From Candidatus Dojkabacteria bacterium (GTDB taxonomy: Bacteria > Patescibacteriota > Dojkabacteria > J137), in the NCBI GenBank assembly GCA_030950485.1, contig JAUZRK010000002.1:111-64110 (forward strand): a stretch of 64,000 bases of DNA, written 5' to 3'. Position numbers and translations under genes: made by a program. Below are positions 29,271 through 40,262 of the stretch, piece by piece (the first letter of the stretch is position 1; each line of letters opens with the position of its first letter). Under the pieces are notes generated by a model. That model did no database searches, had not been told where the DNA came from, and was given only the letters and a program-made list of their open reading frames with translations.

Positions 29271-30972
29271 TTATATATCTTAATATTGCCCTAATTATTT
29301 CACTCTTTTTAAAAGGCTTAGTTACGACTTCATTAAAGCCAGAAGCTATAGCTTTATCCTTTTCACCTTTACTAGCATGAGCTGTGACTGCAATAACGGG
29401 TAGCTTTTCTGTAGATAGGATCAATTCTGTTCTAATAAATTTAATAACAGAATAACCATCTAACCTAGGCATCTGTATATCCATTAGTATTATATCGAAA
29501 GTATTAGATTTTAATTTATCTATAGCTTCGTATCCATCACTTGCGGTAATTACATTAGCCATTTCATTTAGCAGAATTCTTGATGCCACCATTTTATTTA
29601 CTTCATTATCTTCTACAATAAGAACTTTGACATCTTTTAAAGACCCTGCTTCTATCGGATACTCATCCGCTATTTCAGATTGATTATTTGAATTTAAAAA
29701 TCGAAGTGTAAATATAAAACTACTACCCTCACCAAGTTTACTTTTAAGTATAATTTTTCCACCCCAAGTTTCTACTAATTTTTTTACAATCGATAATCCT
29801 AATCCTAATCCTGGACCTCCATATTCTCTTGTAATGCTGCTATCTGCTTGCTTGAACTGTTCGAATATTTGTTCCTGATGTTCTTCTGAAATTCCAATCC
29901 CAGTGTCTGTAATATTAAAATATATTTCAGAAAAATATTTGTTTTTTTGAATTAATTGTACTTCAATTTTTATAAAACCCTCTTTTGTGAATTTTACTGA
30001 ATTACTTATTAAGTTATAAAGTATTTGTTTAAGCCTAGTAGGGTCACCCAAAAGCAACATATCAATCCTTTCATCTACATTTACAAGTAAATCAATATTA
30101 CTCTTCTGAATTATATGAAGATAACTACTTGAAATTGTATCTATTAGATCTCTTATATTGAAAGGGATTTGCTCAAAGTCTATTACTCCACTTTCTGCCT
30201 TAGAAAGATCTAAAAAGTCATTTACTAATATTAATAAGTTATTAGAAGACTGTCTTAAAGTATTTATATATTTTACTTGCTTACTTTTCATTAACTTATT
30301 TGTCATTTCATTCGCGTTCGGTAACTCTTTTTCAACAGATTTTCTTTCTTCAACTTCTTTAGATAAAAAATCTGTTAGTTGTTTTGAATCTTCAATAGTC
30401 CTAATAAATTGAAGAGCATAGAATCTTAAAAATCCTATTACTACCGCTGAGTATAAGTTTACAGTAACTAACCATGAAAAAAGATTAAGATGTTCTGACT
30501 CTAAGTAACTATCTTCAAAAAGAAGAATACTAGTTATATTCGTTACTATAATAATAAGTATTAAAACTAGATAGATTATCCTACTTCTAACAAGAAGAAC
30601 TGAAAATGCTATAGCTGTAGATATTCCGATTAAAAAGATAATACTTAATCCATTGAAATATGCTTCTACAAAGGCTGCAATGAGAATTGAAATAGGAGCA
30701 AGAATTCCACCTGATTCTAGTGTATCTTCAGAAGTTATAGTCCAACCTATGAAATTAATAAGACATAAAAACAGCGTAATAAAAGGATAATTTATGGGAG
30801 CAAACCCTTCTATGTAACCTATTGTATATAGAAAGAATGCAAGCAAATTTATTAGACTAAAGAAAAGTAATACACTTTTAGTTAATTTCTCTGCGTTTTG
30901 AACTTGAGCGTCATTAGATTTAGATGAAGTTAGTCTAGTCCATAATTTTAGGGGTCCTGTATAAAATTTCAT
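29260..30972 (-). CDS. Hybrid sensor histidine kinase / response regulator (multi-TM sensor, HisKA, HATPase_c, C-terminal receiver)
   Basis: N-terminal TM helices, a H-box region, HATPase motifs (DTGIGI, GGPGLGLGLSI), and a receiver domain (VLIVEDNEVN...DIILMDIQMPRLDGY). Overlaps tag by 11 nt. Confidence 0.85.
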   Translation of the reverse strand: MKFYTGPLKLWTRLTSSKSNDAQVQNAEKLTKSVLLFFSLINLLAFFLYTIGYIEGFAPINYPFITLFLCLINFIGWTITSEDTLESGGILAPISILIAAFVEAYFNGLSIIFLIGISTAIAFSVLLVRSRIIYLVLILIIIVTNITSILLFEDSYLESEHLNLFSWLVTVNLYSAVVIGFLRFYALQFIRTIEDSKQLTDFLSKEVEERKSVEKELPNANEMTNKLMKSKQVKYINTLRQSSNNLLILVNDFLDLSKAESGVIDFEQIPFNIRDLIDTISSSYLHIIQKSNIDLLVNVDERIDMLLLGDPTRLKQILYNLISNSVKFTKEGFIKIEVQLIQKNKYFSEIYFNITDTGIGISEEHQEQIFEQFKQADSSITREYGGPGLGLGLSIVKKLVETWGGKIILKSKLGEGSSFIFTLRFLNSNNQSEIADEYPIEAGSLKDVKVLIVEDNEVNKMVASRILLNEMANVITASDGYEAIDKLKSNTFDIILMDIQMPRLDGYSVIKFIRTELILSTEKLPVIAVTAHASKGEKDKAIASGFNEVVTKPFKKSEIIRAILRYINEK

Positions 30973-31026
30973 TTCATAGTCTTATGTACAGAGATTTTAA
31001 CATCTCCATGCATAAGTTAACTATAA

Positions 31027-33501
31027 CTATTTTGTAATATCAAATTTACCGTTTTTGAATACTACTTTTAGTTGATCTCCTTTAACAATTCTATTCTCTA
31101 GAAGCATTTGAGATAGAAGATTTTCAATTTCTCTTTGGACAACTCTTTTAATTGGCCTAGCACCAAATTTAGGATCAAAACCAATCCTTGCAAGTTCTGC
31201 TATAGCTGCTTTGTCAAACGTGGCATCAATTCCTTGTTCCGCTAAATTCTTCTTAGTTTCATTTAATACTAGCTCAACAATCTTAATTATTCCCTCGAGA
31301 TTCAATGCTTTAAACAATATTATTTCATCCAGTCTATTTATAAATTCTGGCCTAAATTTCTTTAGAAGTTCTCCCATTATTTTCTCCTTTAACTCATCCC
31401 ATTTTGGCAATATATCTTTAGCCTTTTTCATTTTTATTATACTGTCTCTATTTGTCGTTGGGTTCAGAGCGTCAAGCATTTTACCCATTTCATTTGCTCC
31501 AAGAGTTGTTAGAATCAAATCTGAACCGATATTGCTTGTAGCAATGATTACAGTATTCTTAAAGTCAACAGTTCGTCCCTTACCATCAGTTAATTTACCA
31601 TCGTCTAATACTTGAAGTAGTATATTGAAAACATCAGGATGTGCTTTTTCGATCTCATCCAAAAGTATTACGCTATATGGTTTTCTTCTGATTTTTTCTG
31701 TAAGTTGTCCTCCTTCTTCATAACCAACGTAACCAGGAGGTGATCCAATCAATCTAGTCACTGCAAATTTCTCCATATACTCGCTCATGTCTAACCTAAT
31801 AATTGCATCTTCATCTCCAAACATAAATTCTGCTAATGTTTTTGCTAGCTCAGTTTTTCCAACGCCTGTAGGACCTAAGAATATAAAACTTGCTATTGGT
31901 CTATTAGGATTTTTAAGTCCTGTTCTTGATCTTTTAATTGAGTTAGCAACAAGTGTCACTGCTTCATCCTGTCCTATAACTCTTTTATGAAGCTCATTTT
32001 CAAGATTTAGTAATATATCTTTCTCTTCTTGGTTCAGTTCAGTAATTGGTATACCAGTCATATTTGAAATGACTTGATGTATATCTGAGACTTTAACTTC
32101 GGCAGTTCCGGTTCCTCTTTCTCTTAACCAATCTTCTTCTAATGGCTTAATATCCTCTTTAATTTTTTCTATCTGAACTTTAACTTCAGCAGCTTCTTTT
32201 AGCTGATTTCCTCTTGTAAGCGAGTCTCTTTCTCTTTCTAATTTATCTACTTGAGATTTTAACTCTCTTATCTCACTTGGTTCATTAGAATAATGAATTC
32301 TAACTCTACTAGATGCCTCGTCAATAATATCAATAGCTTTATCTGGTAGAAATCTATTCTTTATATATCTATCTGATAATTTTGCGGCTGACTCTAAAGC
32401 TTTGTCTGTAATTTTTAGTTTATGATGGGCTTCATATCGATCTTTTACTCCTTTCAATATTCTAATAGTTTGTTCTACAGTAGGTTCTTCAACATAAACA
32501 GTTTGAAAACGCCTTTCAAGTGCTGCATCTTTTTCGATATATTTTTGATATTCATTTAAAGTGGTTGCGCCAATAACTTGTAATTCTCCTCTTGCAAGAG
32601 CAGGTTTAATTATATTGGAAAAATCTAATTCACCTTCTTTTGCTCCAGAGCCTACAATTGTATGAAGTTCATCAATAAAAAGAACTATGTCTCTTTCAAC
32701 TTTACCTAATTCATCAATTAACTTCTTTGCTCTTTCTTCAAATTCTCCTCTGAATTTTGAACCTGCTACGAGTCCAGTAAGGTCTAAAGCTTTTAGTTTC
32801 TTACCTCGTAATACGTCAGGAACAGAACCATTTACTATCCTATGTGCTAATCCCTCCGCAATTGCAGTTTTACCAACTCCAGGCTCACCAATTAGTACAG
32901 GATTATTTTTCTTTCTTCTTGCTAAAATCTCGATAACTCTGTTTATCTCTTTATCTCTACCTATAACGGGGTCAATTTTATTTTCTCTTGCAAGATCTGT
33001 AAGGTCTTTTGTAAATTCATCTAAAGTTGGTGTCTCTACTCCATTTACTGATTTACCTTCTTTATCTCCTTCACCAACAACTTTTACAACTGCTTGTCTT
33101 GCACCCTCATGAGTAATTGCATATTTCTTTAGCAGTTGAGCTGCTAAACCTTCTCTTTCAAGAATTAATCCCAGGAATAGATGCTCTGTACCTATATAGT
33201 TATGATTTAGATCTAGTGCTTCTTGATAAGCTAGCTGAATTACTTGTCTAGCTCTTGGGCTGAAAGTAGGTTGCCCTCCAAAGTAAGATCCTTCCGATAG
33301 CTGGTTGTTTATTTGTTTTTCTAATTCTTCAATCTTAATTCCAAGCTCTTTAAATACTCTACTCATTACAACCTTGTCTTGTGTAAGTGAATATAATAAG
33401 TGTTCAGTGTCTACGGCTCGTTGTTTTTTATTAACTGCTACTTCAATAGCTTTAGATATTGCTTCATTGGTTCTGTTAGAAAATAGCTCTTGAATATTCA
33501 T
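31027..33501 (-). CDS. clpC: Clp/Hsp100 ATPase, ClpC-like (two AAA+ modules, short middle domain)
   Basis: Tandem Clp_N repeats ([10 protein letters not shown]), Walker [16 protein letters not shown] and [17 protein letters not shown], and a short coiled-coil between the AAA modules. Confidence 0.88.
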   Translation of the reverse strand: MNIQELFSNRTNEAISKAIEVAVNKKQRAVDTEHLLYSLTQDKVVMSRVFKELGIKIEELEKQINNQLSEGSYFGGQPTFSPRARQVIQLAYQEALDLNHNYIGTEHLFLGLILEREGLAAQLLKKYAITHEGARQAVVKVVGEGDKEGKSVNGVETPTLDEFTKDLTDLARENKIDPVIGRDKEINRVIEILARRKKNNPVLIGEPGVGKTAIAEGLAHRIVNGSVPDVLRGKKLKALDLTGLVAGSKFRGEFEERAKKLIDELGKVERDIVLFIDELHTIVGSGAKEGELDFSNIIKPALARGELQVIGATTLNEYQKYIEKDAALERRFQTVYVEEPTVEQTIRILKGVKDRYEAHHKLKITDKALESAAKLSDRYIKNRFLPDKAIDIIDEASSRVRIHYSNEPSEIRELKSQVDKLERERDSLTRGNQLKEAAEVKVQIEKIKEDIKPLEEDWLRERGTGTAEVKVSDIHQVISNMTGIPITELNQEEKDILLNLENELHKRVIGQDEAVTLVANSIKRSRTGLKNPNRPIASFIFLGPTGVGKTELAKTLAEFMFGDEDAIIRLDMSEYMEKFAVTRLIGSPPGYVGYEEGGQLTEKIRRKPYSVILLDEIEKAHPDVFNILLQVLDDGKLTDGKGRTVDFKNTVIIATSNIGSDLILTTLGANEMGKMLDALNPTTNRDSIIKMKKAKDILPKWDELKEKIMGELLKKFRPEFINRLDEIILFKALNLEGIIKIVELVLNETKKNLAEQGIDATFDKAAIAELARIGFDPKFGARPIKRVVQREIENLLSQMLLENRIVKGDQLKVVFKNGKFDITK

Positions 33502-33529
33502 GAATCGATTTAATAACTATATCTATATT

Positions 33530-33556
33530 TTAGCAAACAAGCGGAGTGTGTGCTAA
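33530..33556 (-). promoter_or_regulatory. CIRCE-like inverted repeat (putative HrcA operator) 29 nt upstream of clpC
   Basis: TTAGCAAAC-N9-GTGTGCTAA versus CIRCE consensus TTAGCACTC-N9-GAGTGCTAA. Arms are 8/9 complementary with an exact 9-nt spacer. Confidence 0.55.
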
Positions 33557-33854
33557 TGGAATTTAAATGAAATCATTAGGATTGGTTTTTAGTATGATTG
33601 GATAGTAGCTAGTAAGTAGTGAATAGTATGGTTTTGAAGGTGTAGTCTCGAGTGATTTACGAGCGGAGCGAAATAAATTTTATCGAGAGGCGGACATAAC
33701 AATTAATACTGAATCTAAACGCTTTGAATTTTTTATATCATTAGAACCCTTCTTCCAGAAATTATTTTAAAATTTCTAGAGATAAAAACTATTTTAACCC
33801 CATTTTCTCTCATAATTTTTACTTTTATCTCAGCTCCTTGTAGAATGATTTAGT

Positions 33855-36800
33855 ATGGATAATCGAGTCGAAATAAAGATAAATAAAACTTCCAGACCAC
33901 CGAAAATAATATTGATAGTATTTGGGTTTCTATTCTTGCTGATATTTTCTAGTATCTATTCACAACTACGTAATAACGGTATAAATCCTTTTGGACAATT
34001 TAATGATGTATTTGCACAGTTTGTTGGGAGACCAGCTCCTAATGTGGGTGAGCTATTAGCAAATTTACAGACAGGTGACTCGCTCGAGGAAAGTCTAGAT
34101 AGATGCGAGATAATAGATCCTAATAGAAAGGACGCTAGTGGGAACCCTCAAGTCATGTCGGTCAAAGACTACAACCAGTCTAATCCTATTGCTGTTGAAA
34201 GCATGGCGGGGTTAAATCTAGGTGATAAAGGTTTTTCTGAAGAATATTATGAATACATGTTTCAAATGGGTATGAGTTACAATCTTTCTGTGTTCGTTGA
34301 TCCAGGTTCTGCTAGTAGTGCAGCTGAATATGTTAAGACTGCTAATGAAAATGAAGTAGTTCCGATAGTTAGAATTTGCTATGTGGGAAATTGTAATTTT
34401 AAATCTCCGGGTCAAGTTGTAAGTTTTTTTGAACAAGTATCTGTTTTATCAGGACCAGGCAATGACTTTATCGCTATTGTAGGACCAAATGAACCTGGAA
34501 CTGGAACTCCTTCTGAAATGTCTGGATTTATTGGTTCAGAAAATTACGATAATATGATAAATTTTACTTTAGAGGCTGCGAAGAGTTTACAAAGGCTGAG
34601 GGTTATTAATGGAGGTAATATGTATTTATCTCCAGCAGCTTTCAATTTAACTAATGCTCAAGCAAACGATGCTGCGGAATATCTAAATCATCCTAGTTCA
34701 AGTCAATTTCCTAAATTATTTGATTATATGATGGGGAATACTTATGCTCTTGGTTATCCGCCAGCTCAAGATCCAGAGCTTGGAGAAATTGCGAAAGCAT
34801 ACGACTGGTATAGAAATGGTGCTGATGGTGTAACTGGACTTGGTGATTGGTCTGAAGAAAATAACATGCCTGTAATAATTACTGAATTTGGTATTTTAAA
34901 AAATGGTATCTCTCCAATTGTACAAACGGCAGAAGCTAAACAAGCTTTTGAAGAATTTTGTAATGATCCAATGGTAGAGGGCGTACTTTTCTTCAGGCCA
35001 TTACCAGGTGTCGGCTCACAGCAAGAAGAACATCAGTTATTTCCTGGCGATTTAAATGCATCAATTCAAGGAATTATTGATATTATCGGTGATTGTGAGA
35101 AAAACTCAGGAAATAGAGATTATGCATGGCAAGCTTGTAATTTGGATTCATGTCTTTATGAACAGACTTATGATGATAGATCTGTTGCATCTACTTGTGG
35201 AATAGAATATGAACGAGAAGAGATTTCAGAATCAAATGGACCAGCTTTATTAATTAATTGTAGTGGTGGATTGTGTACTACAGGAAAGGTTGATACTTTA
35301 GAAATTAAAGCTCCAATAAAGCAGTTTGGTTCAAACGCTTCTGTTGGTACTGAAAATCTCCCCTATATTCCTGCTTGCGTACAAGCAATTTCAACTATTT
35401 ATGGAGCGCAAGGTGAATATGATTCATATGATCCATTTAACCAATTTGCAGGTGAGATTACTTACGGGAGCTCAACTAACCCAAGTAAATATCCAATGCC
35501 TTGGTTAGGTAACGCTATAAACTGCTCTGCTGCACTTTTAGCCTTAGATTTGAAAGTTACAGATTACGTAACGCCTGGTTATGAAATTAACTTCAATCCA
35601 GGAAGCTCAGCAATACAATCTTTATATGAACAGTATTCTGAGGAATATCTAATTCAAGATCATGTAGATCCAAATCATGAAATGTGGCCATTAAATTATT
35701 TTGAAGATACAAAAGGTAAACTTTTAGATGAAAGAGCATTGTGTTTAGATGGAGATTGTTTTGATAAAGAATCAGATACATGGGCTATAAAGCAATTGAG
35801 AGAATATCTTCCATCACAAACAAGTAATACTTACGTTAGAGTTGATCAGTGCGAAAAAGAAACAATGCCTGATTATATGACAAACGAAGGTGCTAAAGTA
35901 ATGAGATATAGAGATGAACCTGCTAACTACGTAATTGGACCTGAGGTAGTTTTGGGGGAGAATGATAAGGTATGGGAAGGGACAGAAAATAGGGTTTGTT
36001 TAGACTTTAGTACTAGAAATATTGATGAGAATTCTTTAATTTTAACTGAAGATCCTGAAGAAGACGAATCAGTTTGTATTAACTTATATTATGTTTATCC
36101 AGATAGTCCAGAGATTTATATAAGAGATCCAGGTACTGAAAAAGAAGCTGATTGTAGTTTAATAGAGGCTGGACTAATAAGATGTACAAATGGCGAGATA
36201 GCAGATGTCGAGGCGTTTAATAGAGGAGATTGTCAGGTTCAAGCACCTTATCAAGCTTGTTATGGATTAGCTCCAGGCTCAAAGCATGAAATATATAGAA
36301 GAATACCTGATGGTACTGCTAGTTTTGCATCTGTACCAGAGATAGAAATTCCTGGTATGTATGACGCTCTCTATTCTCAATATATGAGATTAAGAACTGA
36401 ATTAGCAAGAACTGGTCAACAGATTATATTTAGAGAGAATATTGGAATGAAACTCGAAGTTTCAACAAAAATTCGAGACATGAATAGAAAATATGACTTG
36501 ACCCCATATTATTATGACCAGGTTGTAACTGATAATAACGGTGAAGCGCAGTGCAGCGTTCCAAAACTTATAGGCAATAAATATTATCTAGGTAAATCAA
36601 ATCCTGTTTATACAACAAATCAATACTTCGATTGGTTAGGTTACCTAGATATTTTACAAGAGTTTAATGTTGTATATATAGGTTCTCCTCTACCTATGTT
36701 TGAAATTAAAGGCAATCCGTTTTACTTAGGTTTATCTGAGACGATTGAAGAAGGTGTTTCGGAAGAAAGGTTACAAGAATCAAGGCTATTATACGAAAAT

Positions 36801-39059
36801 GAGTTCTTTCTTTATAGTGGTGCAGCTAATCAATTGATTAGTTTTCCTTTAATGACTTGTGATGAACTTCTTGCTTCAAAATATGATGCGGGTGCTGATA
36901 GAAGATCTAATCCTGATTTAGACTATACATGTTTGACATTCTGGGATGATCCTAGATTTAAGGAAAAAGATGACCTTGGAAATTTTTTATGTGAACAAGG
37001 ATATGTAATACCAGGACTTTGCGATGATGCATCTTACTGTCCTTCAGACTATGAACCAGTTGACCCTGCTTTTGGAACTGGAGACTACATTTGTCCAACA
37101 GATCTAGCATACTGTCTTCAGGGCCCTTATGGAAGTTATAGTCACGCTACGAATTCTTTAAATGCTTATGATGTAGCTGGAAATGTATTTATAGCACCAT
37201 TTGATGGAGAGGTAATAAAAGTTCAAGAGAAATTTCCTTATTGTGACGAAGGAGGTGCTGCAGGAGGTGCTATTTGGTATAGCGGAAATGTTAATGGTCA
37301 GACTGTTACTTTGTTTGTTCTTCACGTAAATACATTTACAGACGCTGAAAATAATACTAGTATCGATCCAAGTAGCTTATTGAGAAAATTTAAATCTGGC
37401 GAAACAATAGCTAAGATGTCAAAAATTGGAGATAGAGATGTTACAAATACTGATTGTATAGGTTCGCCTATACATATACATGTAGAACTTGCTAATGGTC
37501 CTGGAGATACTAATGCTGCTGGAGATATAACTTCTCTGTTTTTAGACACTTTCGGTTGTAAGATAACTTCAAATTCATCAAGTTCATGTACTAATAGAAC
37601 TGAAAATACTTATTCTGGTGGAGGATCTAATGAGAGCCAGGGAGGGGATTCAGAGCCTGAATCATTTATTAATACAGATATGAATTTATTTCCAGTAAGT
37701 CGTGAAAGACAAATTTTAGACTGTAGAGAACCTGAATCAACTATCGCTGTTCCTTTATCAAGTCTTCCATCTCCTACACCTCCTTACTTTCAAGAAGGTG
37801 CAACACCATTAGATAATACAAGTAATTTTAAATTAACACCTGAGGCAAGTAACGCATTGATCACTATGCTAACTGAAATGGAAGATAAAGATCCAGAGGC
37901 CTACTCTACTTGCGGGTTTAATTGGGGATATAGAAGTGCAGTTGTACAAGCTAGTTTCTCTGACGAGTGTACAGTAGCTACCGCATGTGCTTGTCATAGC
38001 GAACATCAATTAGGTACAACAGTAGACTTTAGACCAGCTAGTGGAGCCTCAGTAAATAGCTTTGGTTCAACTGGTTGTTACGACTGGTTACAATCTAATG
38101 CAGCTACTTATGGGTTTGTTCAGTCATATACTCAAGGAAATCCAGATTATATTGCAGAAGTTTGGCATTGGAGATGGCTACTAGGAGATACTGCTAATGA
38201 ATTCTTATCACAAAAAAATCAATCTGATGGTCAACCTTATTTAAGAGTTTATTTAGAAAACGAGTTAGGAATCGAAAGTTTTGAGACATTCGATTCTGAT
38301 GATAATGTTTATGCTCAACTTTGTAGCGCCACAGATCCTTGGGATGACGATCTTAATTCAAGTAGTTTAAGTTGTAGTATTGATGGAACAGATAGTTCAG
38401 ATGCGCTAAATCCAGAGAGAGCTAGAGCTGCAATCGAATCTAGGGTAAGAGCATATAACTTAGATACTAATATTCTAACTGGAGAAGGAGACAATCGATC
38501 ATTCGCGTGGATTGCTCTTTCAGGAATACCTGGAGGAGAAAATTTGACTGAAAGTCTAAGCCTTAGATTATCTCAAATTGAATTCTATGGAAGTGAAGAA
38601 AATTATCAAAGGGTTTTAGGATATAGAGAGGAAGTAACAAGACACTTCTTTAGTGAAGTAAATAGAGTTGGAATAAATCCAAGACTTGCTTATACACTTT
38701 GGATTGAAGAAACAGGTTTTAGTGCAGTAGGAAGTGTATCATTAGGTTGTAGACCTGGTGCTTTAAGTAGTATCCCAAGGATAGACGTGTCATCTATTGA
38801 GAATGTTTTAGTTGGTCAAGTTAAAGCGCACCTTACAGAGCAAATAGAATGTGTTGGCCAATTTATTAATTCTACTAATAATTTTACTGAGTTTATGTGC
38901 ACATATTCTGGAGAGCCGGCTATTGAAGGAACTCAGAGTAAGGCTGTAGAATCAGGAGGTATAACAGTTTATACAAGAGAATGTAATACAGAGAATTTTA
39001 CAACTAATCCTAATTTCCCAGGAAATGTATGTAAATATTATGATTATGGAGTAATCTAG
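33855..39059 (+). CDS. Giant (1734 aa) membrane-anchored multidomain hydrolase: GH-A-clan-like glycosidase region, M23 peptidase, M15 (VanY-type D,D-carboxypeptidase) peptidase, C-terminal Cys-rich region
   Basis: TM at aa 14-36. NEP (aa ~213) and ITEFG (aa ~345) resemble clan GH-A catalytic motifs. M23-like YSHATNSLNAYDVAG...LHVN...GSPIHIHVEL (aa ~1095-1210). M15 motifs SEHQLGTTVDF and AEVWHWRW (aa ~1381-1441). Confidence 0.85.
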   Translation: MDNRVEIKINKTSRPPKIILIVFGFLFLLIFSSIYSQLRNNGINPFGQFNDVFAQFVGRPAPNVGELLANLQTGDSLEESLDRCEIIDPNRKDASGNPQVMSVKDYNQSNPIAVESMAGLNLGDKGFSEEYYEYMFQMGMSYNLSVFVDPGSASSAAEYVKTANENEVVPIVRICYVGNCNFKSPGQVVSFFEQVSVLSGPGNDFIAIVGPNEPGTGTPSEMSGFIGSENYDNMINFTLEAAKSLQRLRVINGGNMYLSPAAFNLTNAQANDAAEYLNHPSSSQFPKLFDYMMGNTYALGYPPAQDPELGEIAKAYDWYRNGADGVTGLGDWSEENNMPVIITEFGILKNGISPIVQTAEAKQAFEEFCNDPMVEGVLFFRPLPGVGSQQEEHQLFPGDLNASIQGIIDIIGDCEKNSGNRDYAWQACNLDSCLYEQTYDDRSVASTCGIEYEREEISESNGPALLINCSGGLCTTGKVDTLEIKAPIKQFGSNASVGTENLPYIPACVQAISTIYGAQGEYDSYDPFNQFAGEITYGSSTNPSKYPMPWLGNAINCSAALLALDLKVTDYVTPGYEINFNPGSSAIQSLYEQYSEEYLIQDHVDPNHEMWPLNYFEDTKGKLLDERALCLDGDCFDKESDTWAIKQLREYLPSQTSNTYVRVDQCEKETMPDYMTNEGAKVMRYRDEPANYVIGPEVVLGENDKVWEGTENRVCLDFSTRNIDENSLILTEDPEEDESVCINLYYVYPDSPEIYIRDPGTEKEADCSLIEAGLIRCTNGEIADVEAFNRGDCQVQAPYQACYGLAPGSKHEIYRRIPDGTASFASVPEIEIPGMYDALYSQYMRLRTELARTGQQIIFRENIGMKLEVSTKIRDMNRKYDLTPYYYDQVVTDNNGEAQCSVPKLIGNKYYLGKSNPVYTTNQYFDWLGYLDILQEFNVVYIGSPLPMFEIKGNPFYLGLSETIEEGVSEERLQESRLLYENEFFLYSGAANQLISFPLMTCDELLASKYDAGADRRSNPDLDYTCLTFWDDPRFKEKDDLGNFLCEQGYVIPGLCDDASYCPSDYEPVDPAFGTGDYICPTDLAYCLQGPYGSYSHATNSLNAYDVAGNVFIAPFDGEVIKVQEKFPYCDEGGAAGGAIWYSGNVNGQTVTLFVLHVNTFTDAENNTSIDPSSLLRKFKSGETIAKMSKIGDRDVTNTDCIGSPIHIHVELANGPGDTNAAGDITSLFLDTFGCKITSNSSSSCTNRTENTYSGGGSNESQGGDSEPESFINTDMNLFPVSRERQILDCREPESTIAVPLSSLPSPTPPYFQEGATPLDNTSNFKLTPEASNALITMLTEMEDKDPEAYSTCGFNWGYRSAVVQASFSDECTVATACACHSEHQLGTTVDFRPASGASVNSFGSTGCYDWLQSNAATYGFVQSYTQGNPDYIAEVWHWRWLLGDTANEFLSQKNQSDGQPYLRVYLENELGIESFETFDSDDNVYAQLCSATDPWDDDLNSSSLSCSIDGTDSSDALNPERARAAIESRVRAYNLDTNILTGEGDNRSFAWIALSGIPGGENLTESLSLRLSQIEFYGSEENYQRVLGYREEVTRHFFSEVNRVGINPRLAYTLWIEETGFSAVGSVSLGCRPGALSSIPRIDVSSIENVLVGQVKAHLTEQIECVGQFINSTNNFTEFMCTYSGEPAIEGTQSKAVESGGITVYTRECNTENFTTNPNFPGNVCKYYDYGVI

Positions 39060-39078
39060 AAAAATACTATTTTAAGTT

Positions 39079-39546
39079 ATGAAAAAATTAATAGAAAAAA
39101 TAAAAGGTTTTAATAATGCTATTGGAATATTAGTGGGTGTTATTATATTGCTTATTTTAATTAATGCTATTTTGGGAGGCTCTCAGAATAAAGACGAAAC
39201 TGTTTCGAATATTAACTCAACTGAATATTTATCTGTTGGTGAATCTGAAGGAAGAGAAATTGAAAGTGGAGTTACTGCAAACGAAGAGAGCTTCTTACCT
39301 ATTGAATCATTCAGTCAAGATGAAGATTTACTTTCTGCTTTGCCAGAAATAAACGGTTACTTTGATGCTGATTTTTTACCTCTTGAAGAAAATGCTGAGC
39401 CTAAAATAATAGTTAGACTTAAAAATGAAGACAGCAGAAGTGAATTTGACAAATGGGTGTCAGATTTTTCTTATTCAAATGTTGAATTTATATTTATTCA
39501 ACCTGAAGAAACTTTCAAACATGGAGTATATAAAGTACCTAACTAG
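39079..39546 (+). CDS. Membrane-anchored hypothetical protein just downstream of the giant hydrolase
   Basis: 155 aa; N-terminal TM (AIGILVGVIILLILINAILGG), acidic ectodomain. Confidence 0.5.
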   Translation: MKKLIEKIKGFNNAIGILVGVIILLILINAILGGSQNKDETVSNINSTEYLSVGESEGREIESGVTANEESFLPIESFSQDEDLLSALPEINGYFDADFLPLEENAEPKIIVRLKNEDSRSEFDKWVSDFSYSNVEFIFIQPEETFKHGVYKVPN

Positions 39547-39584
39547 TAGGCTGATTTAATTAGTTTATTTAAATTAATCTTTAT

Positions 39585-40139
39585 TTAAGGATTAACTTGT
39601 AATCTTTGCAAAGCTTCTTGCGCAGAATTATCTGGCTCTCCACTATTTAATTTTATTATCTCTTCTTCGACTGTCTTTATAAGTGCAGCAGCTTCTGTAT
39701 CATTTTTAAGTCTGTATCCAACAGCTCCTCTTCTCAAAGCTTCTTCGATAGCAAGATCTCCACCAATGTTAGTAAGCATTAATATTCTAGGATTACCATA
39801 TTTTACTGGATCTGCTTTGATTTCGTTTAAAGTCTGAATACCATCTTTCTTAGGCATCATTATATCTAGAAGAATAATATCAAATTTAGTTGCTTCTGCT
39901 TTTGATAGAGCATCAATTCCATCAACTGCAAGTGACACTTCCCAGTCAGTTTTGTTTGATAAATCACCTAAGATTTCTCCAAACATTTCTCTTGCGCTTT
40001 CTTCATCATCAACTACTAGTATCTTATACATTCTCACCTCACCGTTATTATTCGTCACAGGATTTTGCATTGGAACTTGAGTATTAGATGTATTTGCTGT
40101 GTTTTGGTCCATAAGCTTTTTTACGTAATATACTATCAT
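39585..40139 (-). CDS. Single-domain response regulator (CheY-like receiver) with N-terminal extension
   Basis: ILVVDDEESAREMF...DIILLDIMMPKKDGI...K; no output domain. Confidence 0.8.
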   Translation of the reverse strand: MIVYYVKKLMDQNTANTSNTQVPMQNPVTNNNGEVRMYKILVVDDEESAREMFGEILGDLSNKTDWEVSLAVDGIDALSKAEATKFDIILLDIMMPKKDGIQTLNEIKADPVKYGNPRILMLTNIGGDLAIEEALRRGAVGYRLKNDTEAAALIKTVEEEIIKLNSGEPDNSAQEALQRLQVNP

Positions 40140-40262
40140 TATATTTGTTAGGCACAGAATGTCAAGAATGATTGATAATTTTGCAGTTTAAATGAAGTTA
40201 GAGTGAATTTTTCTAGTAAGCTGCTATAATTTTAGTACTTAAATATTTGAAAACTTTTTAAA

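Noticed and set aside
31211-33493. Several plus-strand ORFs (62-141 aa) inside clpC, and similar antisense ORFs inside copA, the MCO gene, the HMA-membrane gene and the ABC ATPase gene
   Set aside because: All are antisense to strongly supported genes and have S/L/P-rich low-complexity translations typical of antisense frames.
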